Assembly: GCA_963840855.1 (NCBI GenBank)
Contig: CAWJBB010000054.1
Span: 1 to 15,189, forward strand
Length of the DNA: 15,189 nt
Direction of reading: 5' to 3'
Source: an uncultured delta proteobacterium
Lineage (GTDB): Bacteria; Desulfobacterota; Binatia; UBA9968
Position 1 is the stretch's first letter. Each line of letters opens with the position of its first letter. Below are positions 1 to 7,836 of the stretch, piece after piece. The notes beneath the pieces are model-generated. The model saw only the letters and a list, made by a program, of their open reading frames with translations, ran no database searches and was not told the DNA's origin. The translations under genes were made by a program, and so were the position numbers.

Positions 1-99
1 CGTGGGGCTGGGGATATCGCAGAGTTGTTTGGTCAGCTCGGCGCATTCATCGCGGGTGATCCCCTTGAGAATCTTGTCTTTGTCCCTGTCAGCGAGCAT
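1..99 (-). CDS. N-terminal part (33 codons, runs off window) of an M20/ArgE-DapE family metallopeptidase/deacylase
   Basis: Manual translation from ATG at 99: MLADRDKDKILKGITRDECAELTKQLCDIPSPT. The ending L-x-x-I-P-S-P-T is the typical M20 N-terminal motif that precedes G-x-E. GGAGG RBS at 113-109. Not in the ORF track because it is truncated by the window edge. Confidence 0.75.
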   Translation of the reverse strand, partial: MLADRDKDKILKGITRDECAELTKQLCDIPSPT

Positions 100-125
100 G
101 GCTTTCATCCTCCATCATTGCAGGT

Positions 126-155
126 TTTCTACCTCTATCGCGCGGAGCGTGTCAA
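126..155 (-). promoter_or_regulatory. Putative sigma70 promoter of the M20 gene
   Basis: Minus strand: TTGACA (155-150), 18-bp spacer, TAGAAA (131-126), about 25 nt upstream of the ATG. Confidence 0.5.
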
Positions 156-204
156 CGCGCGCAAAGCCGCAACCAAAGAAAAGAGAGATTTTACCAGAAA
201 GAGC

Positions 205-277
205 GTTCAAACCGTTCAAGTTGTTCAAAACGATCGCCGGATTGTCCGACGGCTTGAACGATTTGAACGGCTTGAAC
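205..277. repeat. Palindromic REP/MITE-like element built from 9-bp periodic units
   Basis: GTTCAA at 205, 214, 223 and its complement TTGAAC at 254, 263, 272. Arms 205-232 and 250-277 are inverted repeats (23/28 match) around a 17-nt loop. Confidence 0.85.
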
Positions 278-457
278 CCGACGCGATACGCCGTGACTGG
301 TGTGGCTTCTTCGTGGTGATATTGTCTTGTCGCGACTGGGCTAATGGCAAGGTGATTTGAATTATGGCGTAGCCGAGGAACCCGGACCGCGCCCGTCAAG
401 TTTCTTTCGAGGGCGCGCTGTGCATACTTGATGCGTAGTTTACGGCGTCCGTGAAGT

Positions 458-970
458 TTAGAAACCGAAGAGCGTGAAGAGCGCGGCTTCCGGCCAAGCA
501 AGGTGCATCATCTGGTCGAACAACACCCAGACGAATAAGAAGGTTAGCCCGGCGACAATCAGGGCGGGCAACTTGCGCGTTTTAGCTTCGGAGATCAAGT
601 AGGAAAATATAAAAAGCGGAATCGAGATCAGAAATCCCAAAAACCAGATGCCGCAGGCAAAAGTCAGAATCCAGTATGCGGTCTTGACGGTATGTCGAAA
701 CATTTCCTCGGGGGGAATGCTGCGATCGACCGCAATGTCGAGGACTCCGGGATAGCGCTCTTCTCCTTGCTCAGTCTTGGCGCTAGCGCCCTGCCAATCC
801 GTGACAAGCTGGCGCAGCGCCAGCGCCAAAGCGGGTATGCCGACAGCCCACGGGAATAGTCGCGTATCCCAGTTCAGGCCGACCGCCGTCACGACCCATA
901 CGGCGATCACGACAACGAAAAAGAGCGACAACCAAAAAGAAGGATCAAGTTTACGGAGTTCTTCGCTCAT
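458..970 (-). CDS. tctB: Tripartite tricarboxylate transporter small membrane subunit (TctB family)
   Basis: 170 aa, about 4-5 hydrophobic segments, 'LFPWAVGIP' and 'LGFLISIPLF...LFDQMMHLAWP' TctB-like pattern. ATGA overlap with the tctA stop (967-970). Confidence 0.85.
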   Translation of the reverse strand: MSEELRKLDPSFWLSLFFVVVIAVWVVTAVGLNWDTRLFPWAVGIPALALALRQLVTDWQGASAKTEQGEERYPGVLDIAVDRSIPPEEMFRHTVKTAYWILTFACGIWFLGFLISIPLFIFSYLISEAKTRKLPALIVAGLTFLFVWVLFDQMMHLAWPEAALFTLFGF

Positions 971-2457
971 GCTTTTGCTCTTGCCTTATCCCGGGAGTGG
1001 CGCATAACCGCATGAACGATTGTCCAGACGGTCAAGACGAACAAAACGATGACGACAGGCCGTGTAAGCCAAGAGAACCCATAGAGTTTTGTCGTCAGAA
1101 AAAAATAGGTCTCGGCGAGCCGCTGCAGGACGATTCCCACGATAAGTGGGGGTCTGGGCCAACCGAACCTCTTCATGGAAATGCCGATGGCAGAAAATCC
1201 CAGCAGGGCAACAAGATCGCCCCAATCCGTTGTCGATTGGTACGCGGCGAGAAAAATAAGCACGATCAGCACAGGAAATAGGTGATGCACCGGAAGCTTT
1301 GTGATTCCGGCCAACTGCTTGGTAAATAAAAAGCAGAGACCTGTTGCCATCAAGTTGGCCAAGACCAAGCTCCACACAATGATTAAAGTCAAATCGAGAC
1401 GCTCGGTGACCATCTTCGGGCCGGGCGACAAGCCCAGCAGGAGCATCGCGGCTAGGACCAACGACATAGTGGCGCTTCCGGGGATGCCGAAAGCTAGTGT
1501 AAGGCACCAATCTCCCGCGTCGCTCGCGTTATTGGCCGCTTCAGGAGCGATCACGCCCCTGACGTCGCCTTTACCAAAGTTATCTTTGTCCTTACTGGAC
1601 TGAACTGCATGGCCATAGGCTAGCCAAATCGCCGAGCCGCTACCTATGCCGGGCAATATCCCAATCCAACTGCCTATAAAGCTGGAGCGAACCAATAACC
1701 ACCAGTGCGCGAACACATCTTTGACTCCTCGCCATTTCGTTGATGTGCCGGTTATCTGCGCGTTGGCAGCGATCTTTGTTCCCCCACCGCCGAGCGTCAT
1801 ATCGACAAGCTCGGGTATTGCGAATACGCCGAGCGCTATGGGAATAAGCGGGATGCCATCGGATAGATAAAGCTGGTCGAACGTCCATCTTTGCACGCCG
1901 GTTTGGGGAGCGACTCCAATCATGCCGATCATCAGCCCCACACATCCCGCTATTAACCCCTTGACCGGAGCGCCACCCGTAAGGAGGGCGATCATCACAA
2001 TGGCCAGGATAGCGGTCATGAAGAATTCGGGATTGCCGAACGTCAGGACCACGGGTCGAATCATGGGAATGGTTGCCAGAACCGTGAAGGCGCCTATGAG
2101 ACCGCCAATACCGGAGGAGAGGAAGGACGCGCCCAAGGCGCGCTCGGCCTCTCCTTTTTTCGCCATGGGGTAGCCATCCATGACGGTGGCGGTGGCCGAA
2201 GTGGAGCCGGGAATACCGAAAAGGATAGCTGGAATGGTGTCAGCGGTATTGCCGATGGCGTGAATCCCGACGATCAACACGAGAGCGCTGGCCGGATCCA
2301 TCTTGACTATGAAGGGAAGGAGAATCGCCAGCGTAGTCCTTCCACCAATCCCCGGGACGAACCCGATCACACTCCCTAACAGGACGCCGCCAAAAAGCCA
2401 CGCCATGCGGCTTATGGTGAAGATCTCGCCCGTAGCGGTTACGATGGCGTCAAGCAC
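967..2457 (-). CDS. tctA: Tripartite tricarboxylate transporter permease (TctA/DUF112 family)
   Basis: 496 aa polytopic membrane protein with internally repeated motifs GFVPGIG/GILPGIG, FGIPGS twice, 'DGYPMAKKGEA', 'APEAANNA' and 'WPRPPLIVG'. GTG start. Confidence 0.95.
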   Translation of the reverse strand: MLDAIVTATGEIFTISRMAWLFGGVLLGSVIGFVPGIGGRTTLAILLPFIVKMDPASALVLIVGIHAIGNTADTIPAILFGIPGSTSATATVMDGYPMAKKGEAERALGASFLSSGIGGLIGAFTVLATIPMIRPVVLTFGNPEFFMTAILAIVMIALLTGGAPVKGLIAGCVGLMIGMIGVAPQTGVQRWTFDQLYLSDGIPLIPIALGVFAIPELVDMTLGGGGTKIAANAQITGTSTKWRGVKDVFAHWWLLVRSSFIGSWIGILPGIGSGSAIWLAYGHAVQSSKDKDNFGKGDVRGVIAPEAANNASDAGDWCLTLAFGIPGSATMSLVLAAMLLLGLSPGPKMVTERLDLTLIIVWSLVLANLMATGLCFLFTKQLAGITKLPVHHLFPVLIVLIFLAAYQSTTDWGDLVALLGFSAIGISMKRFGWPRPPLIVGIVLQRLAETYFFLTTKLYGFSWLTRPVVIVLFVLTVWTIVHAVMRHSRDKARAKA

Positions 2458-2493
2458 CTTGAAGGTTCCCTATGTTTCTCAGATTGATGAATA

Positions 2494-2523
2494 CGAAGCA
2501 CCTCCGACAAAGGGGGTTCTTCG
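2494..2523 (-). promoter_or_regulatory. Intercistronic stem-loop between tctC and tctA
   Basis: CGAAG-C-ACCTCC / GACAAA / GGGGGT-T-CTTCG imperfect inverted repeat with no U-tract. The position is typical of hairpins that stabilise binding-protein mRNA. Confidence 0.45.
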
Positions 2524-2548
2524 ATGCAATGGAACTAATTCCTAGTTG

Positions 2549-3586
2549 CTATTGTAAGAGTTTTCGAAAAAAGCCCATCGACGTCTCATTGTGCACGAGA
2601 CCTTCCACCTTCTTGTTCAACAGGTCTCCGTGTATCAGCTCATCATTCCAGCCCAATTTGTCCACGTCTTGTTGGAAATCTTTATCTTTAAACATGGCCG
2701 CAAAAGCATCACGCAGGATTTTTGTCCGATCGGGAGGGACCCCCGGCGGCATTGCAAACGTCCGTCCCTGCACCGAGTACATCGCTTCTAACAGGGGCTT
2801 CTTATCCGCTGGAGCGAGTTCTTCAAGGGTCGGCACGTTCGGCAGGCGGGAATCGCGCGTTTCCGAGGTGACCGCCAAGGTCTTGATAAAGTTCTTTTCC
2901 ACCCAGTTGCTCCTGGTGGCAAAGAGAGATCCGCGGGCCTGGGCACGTCCATCGAGAGCGCCCCGTTCTATATCGAGCAGTATCTCCGCCGTTCCGGGAT
3001 AGCCGTAAACAACGTCGACGTCGATGCCTAAGATCGCCTCCATGGCCTTGGGAACAACGTTGGAATTGTGCTCCTTCGCCTGGGCGCCGAACTTGGGCTT
3101 CTTGCCCTCCTTGTTGGCCTTTTTTATCGCTTCAATGCTGGTAAACGGTGTCTCGCTCCTGACGTAGACGAAGTTGCCTTCCGACGCTATTTGACCAAGA
3201 TAGGTGAACTTCTCGAGTTGAAATTTGATGGCAGGGTCGCGCTGAGCCGTGCGAAAGGTCAAGCCGGTGGCCATGGTGCCGATCGCGGTGCCATCCTTTG
3301 GCGACCGGTTGTAGAGATGGTTGGCGGCAATCAACCCCGCTGCGCCAGCCATGTTGGTGACGACTATTTTAGGATTTCCCGGGATAAATTTGCTGAAGTG
3401 GCGCGCCAGCAGCCGTGCCAGGCTGTCAGTTCCCCCGCCCGGAGATGAAGCCGCGATAACCGTAATGGTTTGCCCCTTGAACGGACTATCCCCGGACTGC
3501 GCGCCGGCGGGACGGAGAGAAAAAACCAGTATAAGAGCAAGCGCGATCATAGAATAGACCGCGTTCCGAATTAATTTTGCTTCCAC
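2549..3586 (-). CDS. tctC: Tripartite tricarboxylate transporter substrate-binding protein (Bug/TctC family)
   Basis: 345 aa, Sec signal peptide ending AGA|Q, 'PGGGTDSLARLLA', 'NMAGAAGLIA', 'PKDGTAIG', 'GYPGTAEILLDIERGALDG', 'LPNVPTL', 'PPGVPPDR'. AGGAGG at 3598-3593 before the GTG. Confidence 0.93.
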   Translation of the reverse strand: MEAKLIRNAVYSMIALALILVFSLRPAGAQSGDSPFKGQTITVIAASSPGGGTDSLARLLARHFSKFIPGNPKIVVTNMAGAAGLIAANHLYNRSPKDGTAIGTMATGLTFRTAQRDPAIKFQLEKFTYLGQIASEGNFVYVRSETPFTSIEAIKKANKEGKKPKFGAQAKEHNSNVVPKAMEAILGIDVDVVYGYPGTAEILLDIERGALDGRAQARGSLFATRSNWVEKNFIKTLAVTSETRDSRLPNVPTLEELAPADKKPLLEAMYSVQGRTFAMPPGVPPDRTKILRDAFAAMFKDKDFQQDVDKLGWNDELIHGDLLNKKVEGLVHNETSMGFFRKLLQ

Positions 3587-3619
3587 TTTTTGCCTCCTTT
3601 TTTATCTGTCGCCAATTTA

Positions 3620-3769
3620 TTAATAACCCCACTTTTGTGCTATGGCCGCGACTCTCCCGTATTCTTCCTGTAACTCTTGACGCTCCATCAGTTCTTTGTA
3701 GGCCGCCGCGACCAGGTCCTGGGCGCAGACATCCTTGATGGGCGGAACTTCATAGTTGAGCTCGCCGAG
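3620..3769 (-). pseudogene. Start-less 3' remnant of a protein-coding gene (49 codons), possibly a solute-binding protein tail
   Basis: Open frame LGELNYEVPPIKDVCAQDLVAAAYKELMERQELQEEYGRVAAIAQKWGY followed by a double stop TAA TAA. Amphipathic-helix composition and gene-like codon usage. Bounded upstream by an in-frame TAG (3772-3770) with no start or RBS at its 5' end. Family assignment is tentative. Confidence 0.6.
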
Positions 3770-3787
3770 CTACGAGTTATCTGTTGC

Positions 3788-3817
3788 CCTATATCAATGC
3801 CCACAAAGGCCTGTCAA
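3788..3817 (-). promoter_or_regulatory. Putative sigma70 promoter of the tct operon
   Basis: Minus strand: TTGACA (3817-3812), 18-bp spacer ending TGA (extended -10), TATAGG (3793-3788). Confidence 0.6.
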
Positions 3818-3918
3818 GTTGCAGCGCTGCCGCGTGGAAGAAACTGTCCGGACGTCTTTATGCTTCTAGGCATATCGGTTCGACGAAAGGAGGTGGCCAT
3901 CAGCCAAGCAAAACCATC

Positions 3919-5601
3919 TCACGCTCGTGTCAGTTGGCGATACTTAATTCGATGCGGCCGTTCCGCGGCGGCGCCAAGGCGCGTCTTGCGATCGGCCTCG
4001 TATTCCGAATAGTTGCCGTCAAACCAAACAACCTTGCTGTCGCCTTCGAACGCGAGGATATGAGTCGCGATCCGATCTAGAAACCAGCGATCGTGCGAGA
4101 TCACAACCGCGCAACCGGCAAAACTGTCCAACGCTTCCTCTAGGGCGCGCAACGTGTTCACATCCAGGTCGTTGGTCGGCTCGTCTAGCAACAATACGTT
4201 CGCCCCTTCTTTCAACATCTTCGCCAGATGGACTCGATTGCGTTCGCCGCCCGACAACATGCCGACCTTTTTTTGTTGATCGGTGCCGGAAAAATTGAAG
4301 CGCGCCACGTAGGCGCGCGAGTTCACCTCGCGAGCGCCGAGTTTCAATAAATCCGCGCCGCCGGTGATTTCCTCCCAGATGGATTTCTGTGGGTCGAGCG
4401 TACGGCTCTGATCGACGTACGCCAGCGCGACCGTTTCACCAATTCGAATCGTTCCGCTGTCGGGTTGCTCCTGCCTCGTGATCATGCGAAACAAAGTCGT
4501 TTTGCCGGCGCCGTTGGGACCGATCACGCCGACGATGCCGCCGGGCGGAAGGGCGAACGTCATGTCCTCCACCAGCAGATTGTCGCCGTATCCTTTGCAC
4601 ACTCCTTGCGCTTCGATCACGACATTGCCCAGGCGCGGCCCCGGTGGAATGTGGATCTCCAGATCTTCCCGCCGCTTCTCTGACTCCCGGTCGAGCAACG
4701 CTTCGTAGGCATTGATACGCGCCTTCCCCTTGGCGCGGCGCGCTTTCGGCGACATGCGGATCCACTCGAGCTCGCGCTCGAGCGTCTTCTGCCGTTCACT
4801 TTCGGACTTTTCCTGGCGCCGCAAACGCTCCTGCTTCTGTTCGAGCCACGAGGTGTAATTGCCTTGCCAGGGGATGCCCTGGCCACGATCCAGTTCCAGA
4901 ATCCAACCCGCGACGTTGTCCAGAAAATATCTGTCATGGGTAACCGCGATGATCGTTCCCGGATAACTCTTCAGGTGGTGTTCGAGCCAAGCGACCGACT
5001 CCGCATCGAGGTGATTGGTCGGCTCGTCAAGCAGGAGAATGTCGGGCTTCTGCAACAGCAACCGGCACAACGCCACTCGGCGGCGTTCGCCGCCGGACAA
5101 AACCTTCACCGGCGTATCCGACGGCGGACACCTGAGCGCATCCATGGCCATCTCGAGCCGCGCATCGAGATCCCAGGCATCCAGATGGTCGAGCTTCTCC
5201 TGCACCTCGCCCTGCCGCTCAAGCAGCGCGTTCATCTCGTCGTCGGACATCGGTTCGGCAAACTTGGCGTTGATCTCTTCGAACTCTTTCAGCAGGTTGA
5301 CCGTCTCTTCTACGGCTTCTTCGACGACTTCGCGCACGGTGCGCGCATCGTCGATTAACGGTTCCTGCTCCAGATAGCCGACCGTATAGCCTGGCGAGAC
5401 AGCGGCCTCGCCGCCAAACTCCTTGTCCACGCCCGCCAGTATGCGCAGCAGCGATGATTTACCCGAGCCGTTGAGACCGATGACGCCGATCTTGGCTCCA
5501 TAGAAATAGGAAAGATAAATGTCTTTTAGGACGGCCTTCTTGTCGTAGTATTTACTGACGCCGACCATCGAATAGATAACTTTGTTGGGTTCAGTGCTCA
5601 T
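3919..5601 (-). CDS. ettA: Energy-dependent translational throttle protein EttA (ABC-F ATPase, ChvD/YjjK)
   Basis: Two ABC domains (GLNGSGKS / [14 protein letters not shown] twice, LLLDEPTN twice), EttA-specific 'GAKIGVIG', 'AMDALRCPP', linker '[15 protein letters not shown]' and C-terminal 'PHRIKYRQL'. Start moved to ATG 5601 ([12 protein letters not shown], 560 aa). Confidence 0.97.
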   Translation of the reverse strand: MSTEPNKVIYSMVGVSKYYDKKAVLKDIYLSYFYGAKIGVIGLNGSGKSSLLRILAGVDKEFGGEAAVSPGYTVGYLEQEPLIDDARTVREVVEEAVEETVNLLKEFEEINAKFAEPMSDDEMNALLERQGEVQEKLDHLDAWDLDARLEMAMDALRCPPSDTPVKVLSGGERRRVALCRLLLQKPDILLLDEPTNHLDAESVAWLEHHLKSYPGTIIAVTHDRYFLDNVAGWILELDRGQGIPWQGNYTSWLEQKQERLRRQEKSESERQKTLERELEWIRMSPKARRAKGKARINAYEALLDRESEKRREDLEIHIPPGPRLGNVVIEAQGVCKGYGDNLLVEDMTFALPPGGIVGVIGPNGAGKTTLFRMITRQEQPDSGTIRIGETVALAYVDQSRTLDPQKSIWEEITGGADLLKLGAREVNSRAYVARFNFSGTDQQKKVGMLSGGERNRVHLAKMLKEGANVLLLDEPTNDLDVNTLRALEEALDSFAGCAVVISHDRWFLDRIATHILAFEGDSKVVWFDGNYSEYEADRKTRLGAAAERPHRIKYRQLTRA

Positions 5602-5667
5602 GATTTGAAATCGTCTGGATGGCTGCCAATACAAATGTTGTTAACCCTGGATATTGGCCATGCGAGT

Positions 5668-5696
5668 AAAATAGCAGTCCACTCGTATGTCGGCAA
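5668..5696 (-). promoter_or_regulatory. Putative sigma70 promoter of ettA
   Basis: Minus strand: TTGCCG (5696-5691), 17-bp spacer ending TGC (extended -10), TATTTT (5673-5668). Confidence 0.55.
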
Positions 5697-5700
5697 CGTC

Positions 5701-5812
5701 CTCGTGGGTTTGACGATCTTGGGAACGACAAAGTCGGACGCACGACTTGTCGACGACTCAGTTTCCAAGATGGCAGGTTTTTCGCCTCTTCCAGGCTTTG
5801 CTAATCCACGGG
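5701..5812 (+). other. Candidate structured RNA or nested inverted-repeat element
   Basis: Nested stems 5701-5710/5803-5812, 5716-5726/5761-5771, 5727-5736/5743-5751, and a weaker branch 5772-5802. Non-Watson-Crick pairs are G-U on the plus strand. No known family recognised. Confidence 0.45.
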
Positions 5813-5813
5813 T

Positions 5814-5892
5814 GAGCCAAGATTATTAATGTTGCGATTGTCAGTCTAGCCGTGATAGAGCCCGATTATTAAAGGTTGCTGATTCGCGAATC
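5814..5892. promoter_or_regulatory. Degenerate ~26-bp direct repeat plus 12-bp palindrome upstream of the amidohydrolase
   Basis: GAGCCaaGATTATTAAtGTTGCGATT (5814-5839) vs GAGCCcGATTATTAAagGTTGCtGATT (5858-5884); perfect palindrome GATTCGCGAATC (5881-5892). Confidence 0.55.
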
Positions 5893-5936
5893 GAAACGCG
5901 TTGGTAAAGAGTTTTGACTGGCTAAGGGAGGTGTCT

Positions 5937-7244
5937 ATGAGCGCCAACGGCGAAAAGACGATCGTAATCTCTAATGGGACTCTAATAGACGGTCGCGGCC
6001 ATCCTCCGGTCCGCAATGAGGCCATTGTGATTCAAGGCAATCGTATCAAATGCACGGGGCGCCTGCCCGGCGATGTAAGACTCGAAGATACAGACAACGT
6101 GGAAGTTATCGACGCCGCGGGACAGTGGATTATGCCGGGACTCATCGACGCCCACACTCACCTTTCCTATGGCAACCCTAAAGTGCCCGGCGAAGCCAGG
6201 GGTCGAGGCACGACCCGACCCGAGTTCAACACCCTTCGGGCGGCGAGAAATGCCCAGCAGGTGCTGCGCTCCGGCGTGACGAGCATCTCCGTGCCGGGCG
6301 GGACCTGGTTCACCGACGTGGCGGTACGCGACGCCATAAAGCTAGGCTTAATCGAAGGTCCTCGTGTTTACTGCGCCAGTCGCATGATCGTGACCTACGG
6401 CTCCATAGAGGACGAAGAACCTTCCTGGGTGGGAACCCCGGAGCACTCCATCGGCGTCCTTTGTAACAGTGCGGCGGAGATGGTCACCGAAGCGCGGCGC
6501 CAGTGTAAGCACGGCGTTGACTTCGTCAAGCTGGCCGATAGCCGCTCCGGCGAAATCCAGACTCTTGCAAAGGAGGAAATAGCGGCGGTGGTCGGCGAGG
6601 CGCACCGGCGAAATGTGAAAGTTGCGATTCACTCCAGAGGGTCGGCTTCGACGCGGGCCGCCGCGGAAGCCGGCGTCGACTGGATCATGCATACCGACAT
6701 GGCCACTGAAGCGGACCTCGAAGCCGTCGCCGAAGCGGGCGTGCGCATCGTCCCGACTGCGACATTCGTGGAACGGGTGTTGGAAGTCGGCCGCGAAGTA
6801 GGACAGGAACAAATTCAGATCAGCCTCGAACGAATGAAAAAGAACATGGATGGGCTCGTGAACGTGCTGCAGCGGGCCAGGGCCATGGGGATCAAGGTCA
6901 TGTGCGGCACGGATTGCGGCAATTACTCCTGGATGCCCTATGGAAAGATGCACGCCAAAGAGCCCGAGATTTTGGTTCGCTACGGCGGCTACACTCCCCT
7001 TGAAGCGATCACCGCCTGCACGAAAGAAAATGCCTTTGCGGTGGGATTGGAAAACCAAGTGGGCGTGCTGGAAGCCGGAAAGCTCGCAGATGTCATCATT
7101 CTAAAGAAAAACCCGGCGGCGGATATTCGAGTCTTGCAAGACTCTGCCAATCTCGCGCTGGTCATCAAGGATGGCAAGAGAGTGAAGCTGGAAGATCAGG
7201 GCTCCGAGGAAACTCCGCTGACATTCCAAGAGGCGGTTGCGTAG
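5937..7244 (+). CDS. Metal-dependent amidohydrolase (Xaa-Pro dipeptidase/ochratoxinase-like subgroup)
   Basis: 'MPGLIDAHTH' (HxH), 'GVDFVKL' (carboxylated Lys), 'VAIHSRG', 'IMHTD', 'CGTDCG' (Asp), 'GVLEAGKLADVII'. Start set at ATG 5937 after GGGAGG (435 aa). Confidence 0.93.
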   Translation: MSANGEKTIVISNGTLIDGRGHPPVRNEAIVIQGNRIKCTGRLPGDVRLEDTDNVEVIDAAGQWIMPGLIDAHTHLSYGNPKVPGEARGRGTTRPEFNTLRAARNAQQVLRSGVTSISVPGGTWFTDVAVRDAIKLGLIEGPRVYCASRMIVTYGSIEDEEPSWVGTPEHSIGVLCNSAAEMVTEARRQCKHGVDFVKLADSRSGEIQTLAKEEIAAVVGEAHRRNVKVAIHSRGSASTRAAAEAGVDWIMHTDMATEADLEAVAEAGVRIVPTATFVERVLEVGREVGQEQIQISLERMKKNMDGLVNVLQRARAMGIKVMCGTDCGNYSWMPYGKMHAKEPEILVRYGGYTPLEAITACTKENAFAVGLENQVGVLEAGKLADVIILKKNPAADIRVLQDSANLALVIKDGKRVKLEDQGSEETPLTFQEAVA

Positions 7245-7290
7245 ACGAATTTCGTCCCGCCGCGACTTTACGTTTAAGAAAAGAGCCTAA

Positions 7291-7500
7291 TTATAGTGTT
7301 TCCGGGGGCAGTATCTGCACCGTTCGGCCACGCGCTTGACGGACCGTCGATAAAAGCTTTCTTGAAGTAATCTTTGCTCTTCAGGAAATTGGTCCTGTGA
7401 GCCACGGTTTGAAATCGATGATTTTCCTCGTGCCATCGTTAAATTTGACTTCAATAAGGTAGTCTTTGACGTACTTTGCTTTTGTGACTGAAGGCAGCAT
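7291..7500 (-). pseudogene. DUF2442-family protein pseudogene (antitoxin-like partner of DUF4160 proteins)
   Basis: MLPSVTKAKYVKDYLIEVKFNDGTRKIIDFKPWLTGPI, then a frameshift near 7385 (TGA at 7383-7381), then LKSKDYFKKAFIDGPSSAWPNGADTA, then a second frameshift in a C5 run (7308-7304), then PETL-stop. 'F.DG....D', 'GP.F..L....F' and 'WPNGAD.APE.L' are DUF2442 hallmarks. Confidence 0.85.
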
Positions 7501-7524
7501 AGGGCAAGCTCGTGGTCTTCGCAG

Positions 7525-7836
7525 TTATGCGGCGTTTTGCCGAATTTCTTCGAGGCCTACGACTAGTCGAGCATTCAGGACCATGGCAACCTTTTCTAAA
7601 GTTTTCAGAGAATAGTTTCGATAATCAGGATTCTCAAGACGCGCTATGCCCGACTGCGTAGTTCCAACCTTACGTGCCAACTCTGCCTGCGTCCAGCCAT
7701 GTTTTTCGCGCAACGCGGCAATTTGCTCGGCTAATCGGTTGCGGCTCAGTTCTTTTTGGAAGGCCGTCGCAAACCGAGAGCTTTTCATTTCCTTGCCGAG
7801 ATTCAAATCGAATGTTACGGCTTTGCCCTTTTTCAT
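7525..7836 (-). CDS. Xre/Cro-type HTH antitoxin (HigA-like)
   Basis: 'LREKHGWTQAELARKVGTTQSGIARLENPDYRNYSLKTLEKVA' HTH_XRE domain. GGAGG RBS; the ATG abuts the ancestral toxin stop (TAA ATG). Confidence 0.9.
   Translation of the reverse strand: MKKGKAVTFDLNLGKEMKSSRFATAFQKELSRNRLAEQIAALREKHGWTQAELARKVGTTQSGIARLENPDYRNYSLKTLEKVAMVLNARLVVGLEEIRQNAA

Noticed and set aside
205-277. Possible mini-CRISPR array
   Set aside because: Units are only 6 bp with 3-bp spacers and are arranged as an inverted pair; no cas genes in the window.
115-501. 128-aa minus ORF and plus ORFs 2-319 and 25-360
   Set aside because: They run through the 9-bp periodic repeat (giving FKPFKSFKP and LNNLNGLN translations) and overlap real genes or promoters; no RBS or family motif.
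3885-3905. GAAAGGAGGTG..CAGCC, a strong SD-like sequence also resembling the complement of the 16S 3' end
   Set aside because: No start codon follows (GCCATC) and it points into the ettA 3' end. The match is too short to call an rRNA fragment, and as an anti-SD for tctC it lies upstream of the predicted tct promoter.
5602-5634. Longer upstream starts in the ORF track (ettA 5634, amidohydrolase 5901, tctC 8312, medium subunit 14298, vapC 14700)
   Set aside because: The downstream starts match family N-termini and, except for ettA, have well-placed SD sequences.
7244-7256. GACGAA-T-TTCGTC palindrome at the amidohydrolase stop
   Set aside because: Too short, 1-nt loop, no U-tract; not a credible terminator.
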